This document shows, piece by piece, positions 1 through 9,052 of a DNA stretch of 49,662 bases; within the stretch, counting starts at the first letter, position 1, and the number at the start of each line of letters is the position of its first letter. The position numbers and the translations under genes were made by a program. The notes under the pieces are model-generated. The model did no database searches, was not told the origin of the DNA, and saw only the letters and a program-made list of their open reading frames with translations. Source of the DNA: a virus (Duplodnaviria; Caudoviricetes); the IMG/VR virus record IMGVR_UViG_3300037797_000107, positions 1 through 49,662 of that record; one strand, written 5' to 3'.

Positions 1-127
1 CGCCGCCCGGGTGTAGCCCAGGACCCGGTTCGGCGTGTCCGGATTCCCGGTGATGGAGTCGTCGAGCAGCTCCTCCGGGTTCCAGTCCAGCCCGTGATTG
101 GCGAACGGGACGTTGTACCACGAAGAC
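1..127. repeat. Terminal direct repeat, identical to 49536-49662 (circular assembly overlap)
   Basis: The first 127 nt (cgccgcccgg...cgaagac) match the last 127 nt exactly, and the tail tube ORF reads through the junction. Confidence 0.95.
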
Positions 128-195
128 GGGGCGGTCGCCCCCGCGCTGTTCTGCCGGCAGATTCCCAGGTACGCATTCGATCCGAATCCAGGCAT
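1..195 (-). CDS. Major tail tube protein, 5' part (continues across the origin to 48744; about 328 aa in total)
   Basis: ATG at 195 after AGGAGG. MPGFGSNAYLGICRQ...GPIVANVHP joins in frame with ORF 48744-49526 once the contig is circularised. Confidence 0.85.
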   Translation of the reverse strand, partial: MPGFGSNAYLGICRQNSAGATAPSSWYNVPFANHGLDWNPEELLDDSITGNPDTPNRVLGYTRAA

Positions 196-211
196 CGTCT
201 ACACCTCCTTT

Positions 212-640
212 TCAGGCCATCAGGGTTACGAGCAGTTCGATGTTCGCGGCTGCCCAGAAATCCGCCGTCTCTCCCTGCGCGGTTTCGTATTCGATCCGCC
301 CGAGTTGTGTCCAATCCACTTTCCCGGACAGGTTCCGACCGGAGTCCTCCTTCACGGCTTGCCGCACGAGGTTCACCAGCACGTTGCGCTTCTTGATCGC
401 CTCCAGCACGCCGTCGACGGAGTATTCGGTGCACAGCAGGGAGAACCGCAGGGTCGTCTGGTACGGATCCGCGCTGCCGATGTTCTCCTCGAAGTTCTCC
501 TCGCCGGTCAGGGTGACGCCGATCTCCGCCCCCGTCGTGGACCCCACCTCGGAGGGCTCCATCAGCACCGCCGCGGCGGGGATGGCGTCCTGCAGCAGGT
601 CGACGATGGCCTGCGAGATATCCTCATAATCGATCGCCAT
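212..640 (-). CDS. Tail terminator/completion protein
   Basis: 142-aa acidic ORF immediately upstream of the tail tube gene; assigned by synteny. Confidence 0.6.
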   Translation of the reverse strand: MAIDYEDISQAIVDLLQDAIPAAAVLMEPSEVGSTTGAEIGVTLTGEENFEENIGSADPYQTTLRFSLLCTEYSVDGVLEAIKKRNVLVNLVRQAVKEDSGRNLSGKVDWTQLGRIEYETAQGETADFWAAANIELLVTLMA

Positions 641-1252
641 CTACCGGCCACCTTTCAGCATCTCGGAGATGACGTTCTGCGCCAGCCGGAGCGCGACCGC
701 TTCCGGGGGCAGCATCGGCCGGGGAGGGTATCCGGGATGCATGACCTTGCGGACCACGGCCATCGGCGTGCCGGAGAGGAACTTCGCGCTGCGCTTCTTG
801 TGGCCGTAGGACGAAAACTTCCCCGGGGACCCGAGCGCCGCCCCTCCCGCGAACGGGAACGCTAGGGCCTTCGCACGGCGCGGCAGGATCGCCCACTTCG
901 GTTGGCCGACATAGATCCCGCGGCCCTCCTGGTGGTACTTCGCGATCTTCAAGGGGGAGCCGACCCGCACCTGCCCCTTGCCGGCCTCGTACCGGAACGA
1001 GGCGCGGAGCTGCCCGGAGGCCTGCAGGGGCTTGGAGGACCCCTTGGAGCGCCTGGAAAGGAGCGTCCCGGGCCGCAGCGGCGCCCATTTGCCCCAGGCC
1101 CCGCCCATCTCGAACCCCCGGCCGATCTCCTTCAGGAGCTCTACCCCCAGGGCGGCGAACATCGGACGGGTATCGCCCAGCTGCTTCCGGACCCGTTCAA
1201 GGTCCAGATCGCCGATGACGACTTCGACGCGGGAGGTGCCCGGAGTAGCCAT
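641..1252 (-). CDS. Virion morphogenesis protein (Mu gpG / P2 S-like)
   Basis: Starts MATPGTS, overlapping the upstream stop. Motifs WAPLRPGT, KPLQASGQLRASF, AKYHQEG, PPRPML. Confidence 0.8.
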   Translation of the reverse strand: MATPGTSRVEVVIGDLDLERVRKQLGDTRPMFAALGVELLKEIGRGFEMGGAWGKWAPLRPGTLLSRRSKGSSKPLQASGQLRASFRYEAGKGQVRVGSPLKIAKYHQEGRGIYVGQPKWAILPRRAKALAFPFAGGAALGSPGKFSSYGHKKRSAKFLSGTPMAVVRKVMHPGYPPRPMLPPEAVALRLAQNVISEMLKGGR

Positions 1253-1713
1253 TACCGGGCGTCCTCCTCGTCGTCGATCCGGTCGGGATCCACCTCGGCG
1301 GCGGTGATATCGGATGCCCCGAAGGTCGGCACGTAGGCGTCCAGGTTCGACCAGAGGGCCACCTTCGCGCCCTCCCCGAGTGCCCCGCCGCCGGAGGCCA
1401 CCAGCGTCGTCTTCTTGTCGATCAGCGCCTGGAACCAGTCCAGGACGCTGGTTCGCATCCGGTCGACTCCGGAGTCCTTCCCGGCCTCGCGCACGTTGCG
1501 CTCGAAGAAATAGACCGTGGCGAGCGCCTGCACCTTGCCGACGAGCACGGGAGGAGCTGGCGTCACGGGCACGGTGATGCCCGCCGTGGAGAGATACCCG
1601 TCCGCCTCGTCGGAGGCCTCCTCCAGGTACCCGTACAGGGTCGCGGAGGTGGCGTTCGTCGCGGAGAGCTTCGGATACCGCGTCTTCCATGCGTCGACGG
1701 TGGTGTAGAGCAT
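1252..1713 (-). CDS. Head-tail adaptor (Mu gp36/DUF1320-like)
   Basis: MLYTTVD...LEEASDEADGYL...VPV pattern; position after the capsid genes. Confidence 0.75.
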   Translation of the reverse strand: MLYTTVDAWKTRYPKLSATNATSATLYGYLEEASDEADGYLSTAGITVPVTPAPPVLVGKVQALATVYFFERNVREAGKDSGVDRMRTSVLDWFQALIDKKTTLVASGGGALGEGAKVALWSNLDAYVPTFGASDITAAEVDPDRIDDEEDAR

Positions 1714-4616
1714 CAGATGTACCGCCCCTCGTATTTCCCGACCGCCGATTTCATCGTGTGCGCCATGAACTCAGCGGCGGCGTCGCTGGTGCGGAACTGC
1801 GCCAGGAACTCCCGCTCCCCCTCGTTGCCGACCCGCATCTTCACCTGCATCGGTACGCCCTCGTTCAGCAGCCGGTTCGCCTCGGAGTAGTAGGCCAGGG
1901 CGTCCGGGGCCATCGGATCGTTCGAGGCCTTCAGGTACCGCGTCTCATAGAGCCGCTGCGCCTCCCGCGCCCATCCGAGGACCTGCGCATCCGGCCCGCT
2001 GCCGTTGGTCTGCTCCAACCGGTACCGGCACAGATGGATCAGGTCCCGCAGCCAGAGGAAGTATCCGAGCATCCGGTCCGGGTACTTCGCCCGGTCCCGG
2101 ACCACCAGGTCGATGTTGCGCAGGAACCGATTCCGGCGGACGTCCTCGGTCAGATACCCGTCGTGCGCGATCCAGGTGTCGGAAAGAATCAGCGCGTACC
2201 CGACGCCCTTGTTCATCTCCGTCTCGGGGTGCTCGTGGACCACGCCGTAGAACCGCATCCCCTTCCGGTTGCGGAACAGACGCATCGGAAGGTCGGGCTT
2301 CATGTTCATCGGCGGATCGACGGAGAGATGGTGCTGTTGCACCCCGTAGGCGTTCAGGATGTTCGGGCGCAGGTACTTCAGGAGCTTCGAGGGATTGAGT
2401 ATCTCCTCGTCGGAATCGATCCACAGGATCCAGTCGCCCTTCGCCTGCGCGATGGACCGGTTCCGCGCCTCGTCGAACCCCACCTCCATCGGATTCAAGC
2501 CCTCGATCACCGTCGCCCCGTAGCACTCCGCGATGGAGCGCGTCGAGTCGGTGGTCTTCGGGTCGACCGCGATGATCACCTCGTCGGCGAACCTGCGGAC
2601 GCTTTTCAGGGTCCGGTGGAGCATCGCCTCGGCGTTGTAGGCGATCATGCAGACCGATACGGTCTCCCGCGGGGCCTGCCAGCGAAGCTTGCGCTGCAGG
2701 TTGACCGTCCCCGTGGGCTTCTCCGGATCGTTCGTATAGATCACGTAGTGGTGGCCGCAGGGGACCCCGAGATCATCCTTGGACACCTGCCGGTAGAAGA
2801 CCTGGACGTCCTTCTTCTCGCCGAAGATGTCCATCAGGTCGTTCATCTCGTAGTGCCGCAGGTGGCAGCGATGCGGGAAGGTCTCGTACGACATCGCCTC
2901 CCACGGACCGTACGGCACGGTGATGAAGATCGTTCCGCCGGGATTGCACCACTTTTCCAACCGGGCGATCAGGGCTGCGGGATCGAGGACGTGTTCGAGG
3001 ACCTCGTTCAGCACTATGAGGTCGTATTGTGTCCCGATATCCAATATCGGCTGGCTCATCTCATCGTAAACATGGAACTCGACGTTCCCTTGCTTCGCGT
3101 ACTTCTTCTTGCACTCCTCGGCCAGTTCGATGTTTCGGCGTGTCACGTCCAGTCCGACGAACTGTGCCTCGGGGATCTCGTTCGCCGCCCGGATCGTCTG
3201 ATGCCCGATCCAGCAGCCGTAGTCGAGGACGTTCTTGATCTTCCCCTTGTTGCGCCGCAGGAAGTCCCGCAGCGTGAGCCAGCGCATCTCGTATTCGCTA
3301 TGCTCGAAGTGATCGACCGTCGCCCCGGCGTCGACCAGCTTGTAATGCTCCCGGTACGCCTCCGGGGACTCGGTGAACGCCCATCCCTGCGCGACGAATG
3401 CCTTCTCCTTATCGCAAAGGGGAAGCGGATGCGCCTTCTCGATCTCCCGGCACATCTCGATGTCGGAGACGCGTAGGAGGTGCTTGTAGACCCGGTCCGG
3501 ATCGGAGGTGCGCTCCGCCAGGATCTCGTCGGCCAGCACCGTCAGGCGCTCGGCGACCGACTCCCATCCGAGAGAGACGCCCTGCTTGTACGCCTCCCGG
3601 GAGAGCCGCTGCCAGCCGATATCGTCGTGGTAGAGGCGCTTGACCTCCTTCACGAACCGCCGATGGACAGCCTCGTCGTGCCCGTCGCCGGGGATGAGGA
3701 TGCCGGTCCCGGGGGAAACCGTCTCCTTCAGGGCGCCGCGGGCCGTGGAGAGGAACGGGAGCCCGCACGCCTGCGCTTCCATGGCACTGATGCAGCTGAT
3801 CTCGTCGAAGGTCTGCGCGACCGGCGACGGGGTCGGGTAGATGTAGAGCCACGACCGCGAATAGAGGTCGTAGAGCTGCTTCTTCGTCAGGCTCCCGAGC
3901 AGCCGCACGTTCGGCAACTCGTGACAGCGCGACCAGAGGGACTCGTAGTAGGCCCGCATCTGGTCGACCGTGTTGTCGTAATGCGCGACCAGCAGGGTCG
4001 CCTCCGGGACCTCGCCGGCCAGCTGCTCCATGATCCCGCCCGGGCGCACGAGGTTCTCCAGCCCGCGTTCCGGCCGGGCGCAGTAGACCATCTGCCCCTT
4101 GACCTTCTCGGCGGACCGGCGCGGCGCGGGGAACAGGGAGAGGTCGATCCCGTTCCGGATGACCTCGATTCCCTCGTCGGGGATCCCGTAGACCTCCTTG
4201 TACTGGTTTTTCTGGAACTGGCTCATCAGCAGCACGCGGTCGGTCTGGTACATCGTCCCGCGCACCTGCCCCTCGGCCCGCTGGAGCGCGAGGTCGTGGC
4301 ACCACAGGAAGCAGACCTTCGCGTTGTGCGGATGCGACAGGAAATCCGAGGCGCGGGAGACGATCAGCACGTCGATGTCCGCCCCGCGCGCGTACTCGGA
4401 CGATGCCTGGATTGGCAGGTACTGGACATCGTTGACCGCAATCGGCTGCTGGCAGGGGGAGAAGACGATCACGCGGTTCTTCCCGCCGAAGGCGTCCTTC
4501 CCCTTCGCGAGGGCCTCGGCCAACTGGATCGCGGCGGTCTCGGAGCCGCCCAGGGAGCGTTCCTTGAGCGTGTTGCCGTCGTGCCGCATTCCTGGGGAGA
4601 CGATGGCGAAGTTCAT
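1713..4616 (-). CDS. Three-domain fusion: GT4-like glycosyltransferase + class I SAM methyltransferase + GT2 glycosyltransferase (967 aa)
   Basis: GGSETA and E-x-SCISAMEAQACG (GT-B fold); VLDYGC and EVLEHV...PGG (MTase); SVCMIAYNAE...ARNRSI...WILWIDSDE (GT2). Start overlaps the upstream stop (ATGA). Confidence 0.9.
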   Translation of the reverse strand: MNFAIVSPGMRHDGNTLKERSLGGSETAAIQLAEALAKGKDAFGGKNRVIVFSPCQQPIAVNDVQYLPIQASSEYARGADIDVLIVSRASDFLSHPHNAKVCFLWCHDLALQRAEGQVRGTMYQTDRVLLMSQFQKNQYKEVYGIPDEGIEVIRNGIDLSLFPAPRRSAEKVKGQMVYCARPERGLENLVRPGGIMEQLAGEVPEATLLVAHYDNTVDQMRAYYESLWSRCHELPNVRLLGSLTKKQLYDLYSRSWLYIYPTPSPVAQTFDEISCISAMEAQACGLPFLSTARGALKETVSPGTGILIPGDGHDEAVHRRFVKEVKRLYHDDIGWQRLSREAYKQGVSLGWESVAERLTVLADEILAERTSDPDRVYKHLLRVSDIEMCREIEKAHPLPLCDKEKAFVAQGWAFTESPEAYREHYKLVDAGATVDHFEHSEYEMRWLTLRDFLRRNKGKIKNVLDYGCWIGHQTIRAANEIPEAQFVGLDVTRRNIELAEECKKKYAKQGNVEFHVYDEMSQPILDIGTQYDLIVLNEVLEHVLDPAALIARLEKWCNPGGTIFITVPYGPWEAMSYETFPHRCHLRHYEMNDLMDIFGEKKDVQVFYRQVSKDDLGVPCGHHYVIYTNDPEKPTGTVNLQRKLRWQAPRETVSVCMIAYNAEAMLHRTLKSVRRFADEVIIAVDPKTTDSTRSIAECYGATVIEGLNPMEVGFDEARNRSIAQAKGDWILWIDSDEEILNPSKLLKYLRPNILNAYGVQQHHLSVDPPMNMKPDLPMRLFRNRKGMRFYGVVHEHPETEMNKGVGYALILSDTWIAHDGYLTEDVRRNRFLRNIDLVVRDRAKYPDRMLGYFLWLRDLIHLCRYRLEQTNGSGPDAQVLGWAREAQRLYETRYLKASNDPMAPDALAYYSEANRLLNEGVPMQVKMRVGNEGEREFLAQFRTSDAAAEFMAHTMKSAVGKYEGRYI

Positions 4617-4822
4617 CGCCCGCCCCCTTTCCCGACGAGCCGGCCGATCTTCTTCATCGGCACCACCTCGCCGCCCGCGAAGATCTCCAGGATCGCCCCC
4701 TTGTGCCGCACGATCAGCTCCTTGAACTCCCCGTCCGTCACGCCGACCCCCTTGACCGGATCGCCGTGCACAGTGCACTTCGCATACCCCGCCTTCCCGC
4801 AGACACAGATCCCCCGCGTCAT
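4613..4822 (-). CDS. Small hypothetical protein (Cys/His-rich N terminus)
   Basis: ATGA overlaps with both neighbours; GGAGG RBS. Confidence 0.6.
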   Translation of the reverse strand: MTRGICVCGKAGYAKCTVHGDPVKGVGVTDGEFKELIVRHKGAILEIFAGGEVVPMKKIGRLVGKGGGR

Positions 4823-4974
4823 GTAGCCTCCTTCTCCGTTTTGGGTAGTTTCGGAACCTTGATCCGCTCGATCGCCGCCGACGAATACACCGTGACCTTC
4901 AGCCAGAACGCCCGCCTCTTCGGGTCGCGTAAATATGGATTCGATTTCGACAGGGGGATGAAGGCCTTCTTCAC
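4819..4974 (-). CDS. Small basic hypothetical protein (51 aa)
   Basis: GTG start overlaps the radical SAM stop; fills the operon gap. Confidence 0.5.
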   Translation of the reverse strand: MKKAFIPLSKSNPYLRDPKRRAFWLKVTVYSSAAIERIKVPKLPKTEKEAT

Positions 4975-5702
4975 CCCGTCATGCCCTCCGGCACGTCCTC
5001 GTGGCAGGCCTTGCATTGAACGTACGGTCCGTACGGAATCCGGTCGATCTCCTCCCAGACCGTGCCGATGACCCCGCGGCGGAACGCATCCTGGCAGCAC
5101 CTCGTCACGTCGCCGCTGCTCATCACCATCACCTGGCCCTTGGAGAGCCACGGGCAGACGTACCGGCGATGCTGAACCTCTTGCGTCCAGTCGATCAGGC
5201 CGCCCCAGTTGTTCGGATGGAGCACGCCGTCCCGCGAATACCCCCACGGGGAGCGTGGGTCCTGCTGGACCGGGTAGTAGTGCCCGGTGATCCGGCGCAG
5301 CGCGGCGATGGTCCGCATGGACGCTTCCGCCTCGTGGTCGGTCACGTCGAGGTTGTCGATCCCCGCGGCGAACAGCTCCCGGCCCAGCTCCTCCGTGAAC
5401 AGGAGGCCGTTGGTATTCATCCGCAGGCACAGGTACCGGGGCATGACCTCCCGCGTCCTGTGTACCCATTCGATCAGGTACGGATGCAGGAGCGCCTCGC
5501 CGACGCCGAAGAAGTTGAGCTCCTCCTGCGTCCCGGCGGATACGAATTTCTTGAGCCAGAACAGGGAGCGGTCGAACACTTCCTCCGTCATCAGGCCGAC
5601 GTCCCGATGCTCGCCCTGCAGGCGACAGGGGCAGTAGGGACAGGCGAGGTTGCAGACGGAGGCGATTTCGAGGTTCTTGATCGCCTTCACCGTTTGGTTC
5701 AT
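4971..5702 (-). CDS. Radical SAM protein with SPASM/twitch-like C terminus (243 aa)
   Basis: CNLACPYC (Cx3Cx2C), GEALLHP, NTNG, then CPW...GDVTRCC...CKAC. GGAGGAG RBS. Confidence 0.9.
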   Translation of the reverse strand: MNQTVKAIKNLEIASVCNLACPYCPCRLQGEHRDVGLMTEEVFDRSLFWLKKFVSAGTQEELNFFGVGEALLHPYLIEWVHRTREVMPRYLCLRMNTNGLLFTEELGRELFAAGIDNLDVTDHEAEASMRTIAALRRITGHYYPVQQDPRSPWGYSRDGVLHPNNWGGLIDWTQEVQHRRYVCPWLSKGQVMVMSSGDVTRCCQDAFRRGVIGTVWEEIDRIPYGPYVQCKACHEDVPEGMTG

Positions 5703-5719
5703 GTCTCCTCCGTTTCGAA

Positions 5720-5756
5720 TTAGAAAGGGCCGCCCCCTTGCGAGAGCGGCCCTTCC
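5720..5756 (-). terminator. Hairpin terminator after the major capsid gene
   Basis: AAGGGCCGCTCTC-GCAA-GGGGGCGGCCCTT followed by a short U-rich tail. Confidence 0.65.
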
Positions 5757-5785
5757 GTCAAGCCGTACGGTTGTCGGTCTATGCG

Positions 5786-6766
5786 TTACTGCTCGGAGTT
5801 CACCCCGACGATCGTCGCGGCGAGCGTGGAGTCCAGCACCTTCTCGTCGTCGTACACGCCGACCTCGACGAACTCGGCCTTCTTGCTCCGGTCGTACGGC
5901 AGCGCCTCGACCGCCATGTTCGGGATCGCGGGCAGCGTCCACCGCAGCGTGGCGCCGTACTGCGGACGGGGACCGATGCGGGACTGACCCGGCGCCTTGT
6001 AGAACACCAGCACCCGGTCGGCGAAGAACGACGTGAGCGCGGCGGTGATGTTCTCGCCCGCCGTGTTGTAGTACCCCTCGGCGATCTGGCACTCCGCGTT
6101 GAAGATCGCGGACGCCTGCGCCAGCGTCGGGATGCCGCCGCCGTGCGGGAACAGGAGCCCCTTGACCGGCGAGTTGACCACGAAGGTCTGCCACGCCGTG
6201 GTGCCGAACACGACCCGGTTCGGACGGAAGCCGGTGGTGTTCTGGATGTGGTCCTGCGCGGTGACGATGGCCAGGTACGGATCGCCCGGGTTCGCCGAGG
6301 CGTTCCACGCGGAGGCCACGACGAACGCCGTGGAGACGTTGCTGGCGCTGTTCACGATGTTGAACGCCCGGACTTCCTTGGCGATGCGGATCGCGTCGAC
6401 GATCAGCTGCGCCCCGTTCTCCCGGACGTTCCAGATCGCGTCGGCGTTCTCCCGGTCCTCCAGCGTGATCGGGTACTTCGCCGCGTAGTTCTTGCAGAAG
6501 TACCCCATCGAGCTGACGGAGAACTTCAGCTGGTTCGCCTCCGTGCCGGGGGCGCGTTCCAGCGACTCGCTCCGCAGGAACTCGCCGAGCGGGAAGTACT
6601 TGATCATGTTGGACTGCTTGTCGACCGGGACCACCGGGAAGATGAACTCCCCGACCAGCCCCTGCGTGGTGTAGTTCATGATGGCGTTGGACAGCGGGAC
6701 GTCGACGTGCAGATCCCGGCCCGTCGCGTCGTAGTTCTTCCAGACCGCGATGTTCTTGTCGCTCAT
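5786..6766 (-). CDS. Major capsid protein (HK97 fold)
   Basis: 326 aa with IFPVVPVDKQS...RAPG and PNRVVFG; follows the protease and decoration genes; strong RBS and downstream terminator. Confidence 0.85.
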   Translation of the reverse strand: MSDKNIAVWKNYDATGRDLHVDVPLSNAIMNYTTQGLVGEFIFPVVPVDKQSNMIKYFPLGEFLRSESLERAPGTEANQLKFSVSSMGYFCKNYAAKYPITLEDRENADAIWNVRENGAQLIVDAIRIAKEVRAFNIVNSASNVSTAFVVASAWNASANPGDPYLAIVTAQDHIQNTTGFRPNRVVFGTTAWQTFVVNSPVKGLLFPHGGGIPTLAQASAIFNAECQIAEGYYNTAGENITAALTSFFADRVLVFYKAPGQSRIGPRPQYGATLRWTLPAIPNMAVEALPYDRSKKAEFVEVGVYDDEKVLDSTLAATIVGVNSEQ

Positions 6767-6784
6767 ATCTTTATCCTCCAGGGG

Positions 6785-7150
6785 TTAAAGTGCGATGTAA
6801 GTGGGTCCGCCGAAGAGTTCCGCGGTCCCGACCGATCCCGATGCCGCCGCCTTGATCATCCAGCCGAGCGCGACCTCGCCGGAGGTGACGATCGCCACCT
6901 GCCCGGAGTTCGCGTTGCTCTGCCCGATGAACGCGCCGTCGCCGATGGAGGTGGCCATGTAGATCTTCGACCGCCCCTTCGAGATGACCTGCGCGTGCTG
7001 GCCGCTTTCGGGCTTGTTCTGGAGGATGCCGTAGGCGTTCGTCTCCGACGTCGCCAGCACCCCCGAGAGGTTGACGAACTTGTACTGCTGGCTGGAGAGA
7101 TCCGCCCCGGCCACAACGGTATACGCGATGCCCCAATTCCCGGTTCCCAT
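6785..7150 (-). CDS. Capsid decoration/cement protein (DUF2190-like)
   Basis: AGADLSSQQYKFV...GILQNKPESG motif directly upstream of the capsid gene. Confidence 0.75.
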   Translation of the reverse strand: MGTGNWGIAYTVVAGADLSSQQYKFVNLSGVLATSETNAYGILQNKPESGQHAQVISKGRSKIYMATSIGDGAFIGQSNANSGQVAIVTSGEVALGWMIKAAASGSVGTAELFGGPTYIAL

Positions 7151-7165
7151 GTATTTCTACCTCCC

Positions 7166-7891
7166 TTAGAGTGCGATGAAAGACGGTCCGCCGAACAGGT
7201 CGACGACGGTATTCGTTGAGCCGGAGGTCCCGTAGGTCACGATGATCCCGAGAGCGATGCCTCCCGACGTCACGATGGCGCCCGCGCCGGAAGTCGCGTT
7301 GGACTGCCCGATGAAGGAGTTGATGCCGGCGGAGACCGCCATGTAGAGGTTCGTCCGGCCCCGCTGGATGACGCCGCCGGTGCTGCCGGAAGCGACCGCC
7401 GCACGGGACACGCCCGCGATCGGCGAAGTTTCCGAGCCCGCCAGCGTGCCACCGTAGGTTACGAACCGGAACGCCCCGGCGTTCGTGGAGCTGTGCGTCG
7501 AGGTGATCGAGGCGCCGCCCGCTAGGTCCGACGCGGCGTCCTGGATGTAGATCGGCGCTCCGAACAGGTCGACCCGGGCGAGCCCCCCGGAGGCACACTC
7601 GGAAGCCGTGATGCCCCAGGCGTACCCGGGAGCCGTGATCAGCGCCCCCGCGCCCGAGGTGACGCTGCTCTGGCCGACCCACGCGCCCTTGCTCGTGGGC
7701 TGGCACATGTAGAGCTTCGTGCGCCCCTGCTTCGCGTAGGCGACGTGCTCCGCGGACTGCGGCTTGTTCTGGATCACCCCGACGGGGTTGGTCTGAGAGG
7801 TTGCGAGAACGCCGGTCGGACCGACGAACTTGTACTGCTGTGAAGACAGGTCCGCGCCGGCAACCAGCGCCAGATCGTTGCGCCAGCTCAT
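7166..7891 (-). CDS. Tandem two-domain DUF2190-like decoration protein (241 aa)
   Basis: Paralogue of 6785-7150 (AGADLSSQQYKFV, GVIQNKP). Two units end in DLFGAPIYI and DLFGGPSFIAL. Confidence 0.7.
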   Translation of the reverse strand: MSWRNDLALVAGADLSSQQYKFVGPTGVLATSQTNPVGVIQNKPQSAEHVAYAKQGRTKLYMCQPTSKGAWVGQSSVTSGAGALITAPGYAWGITASECASGGLARVDLFGAPIYIQDAASDLAGGASITSTHSSTNAGAFRFVTYGGTLAGSETSPIAGVSRAAVASGSTGGVIQRGRTNLYMAVSAGINSFIGQSNATSGAGAIVTSGGIALGIIVTYGTSGSTNTVVDLFGGPSFIAL

Positions 7892-9039
7892 TTCTTCCCA
7901 CCGACGTAGGCCGCCCACGCGTCCGGATGCTCGATCCGGACGATGTCACGGGCCTCCGAGTAGGAGATCTTGCGCTCCCGCTGGATCTTGACGGTCAGGT
8001 CGTGGACGGAGACCGTCTCGTCGCCGCCCTTGTCCTTGTCGTCGCCCTCCGCGCGCTCCTTGAAGTCGACGATCTTCGGGCGGCTTTTCAGCTCCTCGAC
8101 CTTGTTCGCCCCCCAGGTCGTCTCCTTCTCGCCGTACTTGCGCGGCTTGATCCCCATGGCCAGGAAATCGGCCTTCAGGCTCTCCACCTCGGCCGGGAGC
8201 ACCTTCCCCTCCCGCACCAGGGCGTCGACCTCGAGGGTGAAGACCTTCAAGGCGGAGTCCGTCTCCGCCTTCACCGCACGCTCGTCGGCGGTCTTCGCCG
8301 CCAGGAGCGCATCGTCGCGCTCCTTCGTGAGGGCCGTGATCTGGTCCTCGTACTTCTTGACCTGTTCCTTATCCATCGGCTTTCCTCCGTCTTCGTCGGA
8401 ATACGTTCGTACGTCACCGTCCGACCCATACGCCCGGATGTCCCTGGTCCCGTCCGCCATGAGCGCCATCTGCAGATCCTGCAGGTTGGACACGGCGGGG
8501 AGGTCCGCCCCGAGGAGCGCGACCGCCCGAAGGACGCGAGGCCAGATCCTGCCCTCGCCGTCCTTGTAGTTCCAGTACACCTCCGCGCTTTTGGTCCGGT
8601 ACCGCTTGCTCGTGATCATCTCGTGCAGCGCGTCGGGAACGTCGACCAGGTCCCCGACGAGCTTCGTGCCGAAACGCCGCAGGTTCGCAACCCACCCCAG
8701 CGCCGGCGCCCCGTCCTTCTGCCCGAACCACCGCTGCGCCTCGTCGTGCCCGAGCTTGACCGGAGGACGCACGCCCAGGGAATGGAACGCGGACACCATG
8801 GAGTCAAGATCGCTCTCCGAGTAGGCGTCCCCGTTCCACGTGCCGGAGGAGAAGATCTCGACGCCGCGCAGGTCCCTGGCGTAGTCGTGCGACATCTTCT
8901 TCATCATCTCCTTCGCGCGGTCCATCATGGCCTGCCCCTGCGCGACCGCTTCGTCTCCGCCCTCGGCCATGAGCGCCTTGCCCTTGCTCATCATCTCGGC
9001 GGGCGTCATCTTGTCCATTTCCTCTTTCGAATAGGGCAT
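7888..9039 (-). CDS. Mu gpI-like prohead protease/scaffold
   Basis: VEIFSSGTWNG, PVKLGH, PALGWV, SAEV, LRAVALLGADLPAV; charged scaffold-like C terminus. Confidence 0.85.
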   Translation of the reverse strand: MPYSKEEMDKMTPAEMMSKGKALMAEGGDEAVAQGQAMMDRAKEMMKKMSHDYARDLRGVEIFSSGTWNGDAYSESDLDSMVSAFHSLGVRPPVKLGHDEAQRWFGQKDGAPALGWVANLRRFGTKLVGDLVDVPDALHEMITSKRYRTKSAEVYWNYKDGEGRIWPRVLRAVALLGADLPAVSNLQDLQMALMADGTRDIRAYGSDGDVRTYSDEDGGKPMDKEQVKKYEDQITALTKERDDALLAAKTADERAVKAETDSALKVFTLEVDALVREGKVLPAEVESLKADFLAMGIKPRKYGEKETTWGANKVEELKSRPKIVDFKERAEGDDKDKGGDETVSVHDLTVKIQRERKISYSEARDIVRIEHPDAWAAYVGGKK

Positions 9040-9052
9040 CGTGTGGGCTCCT

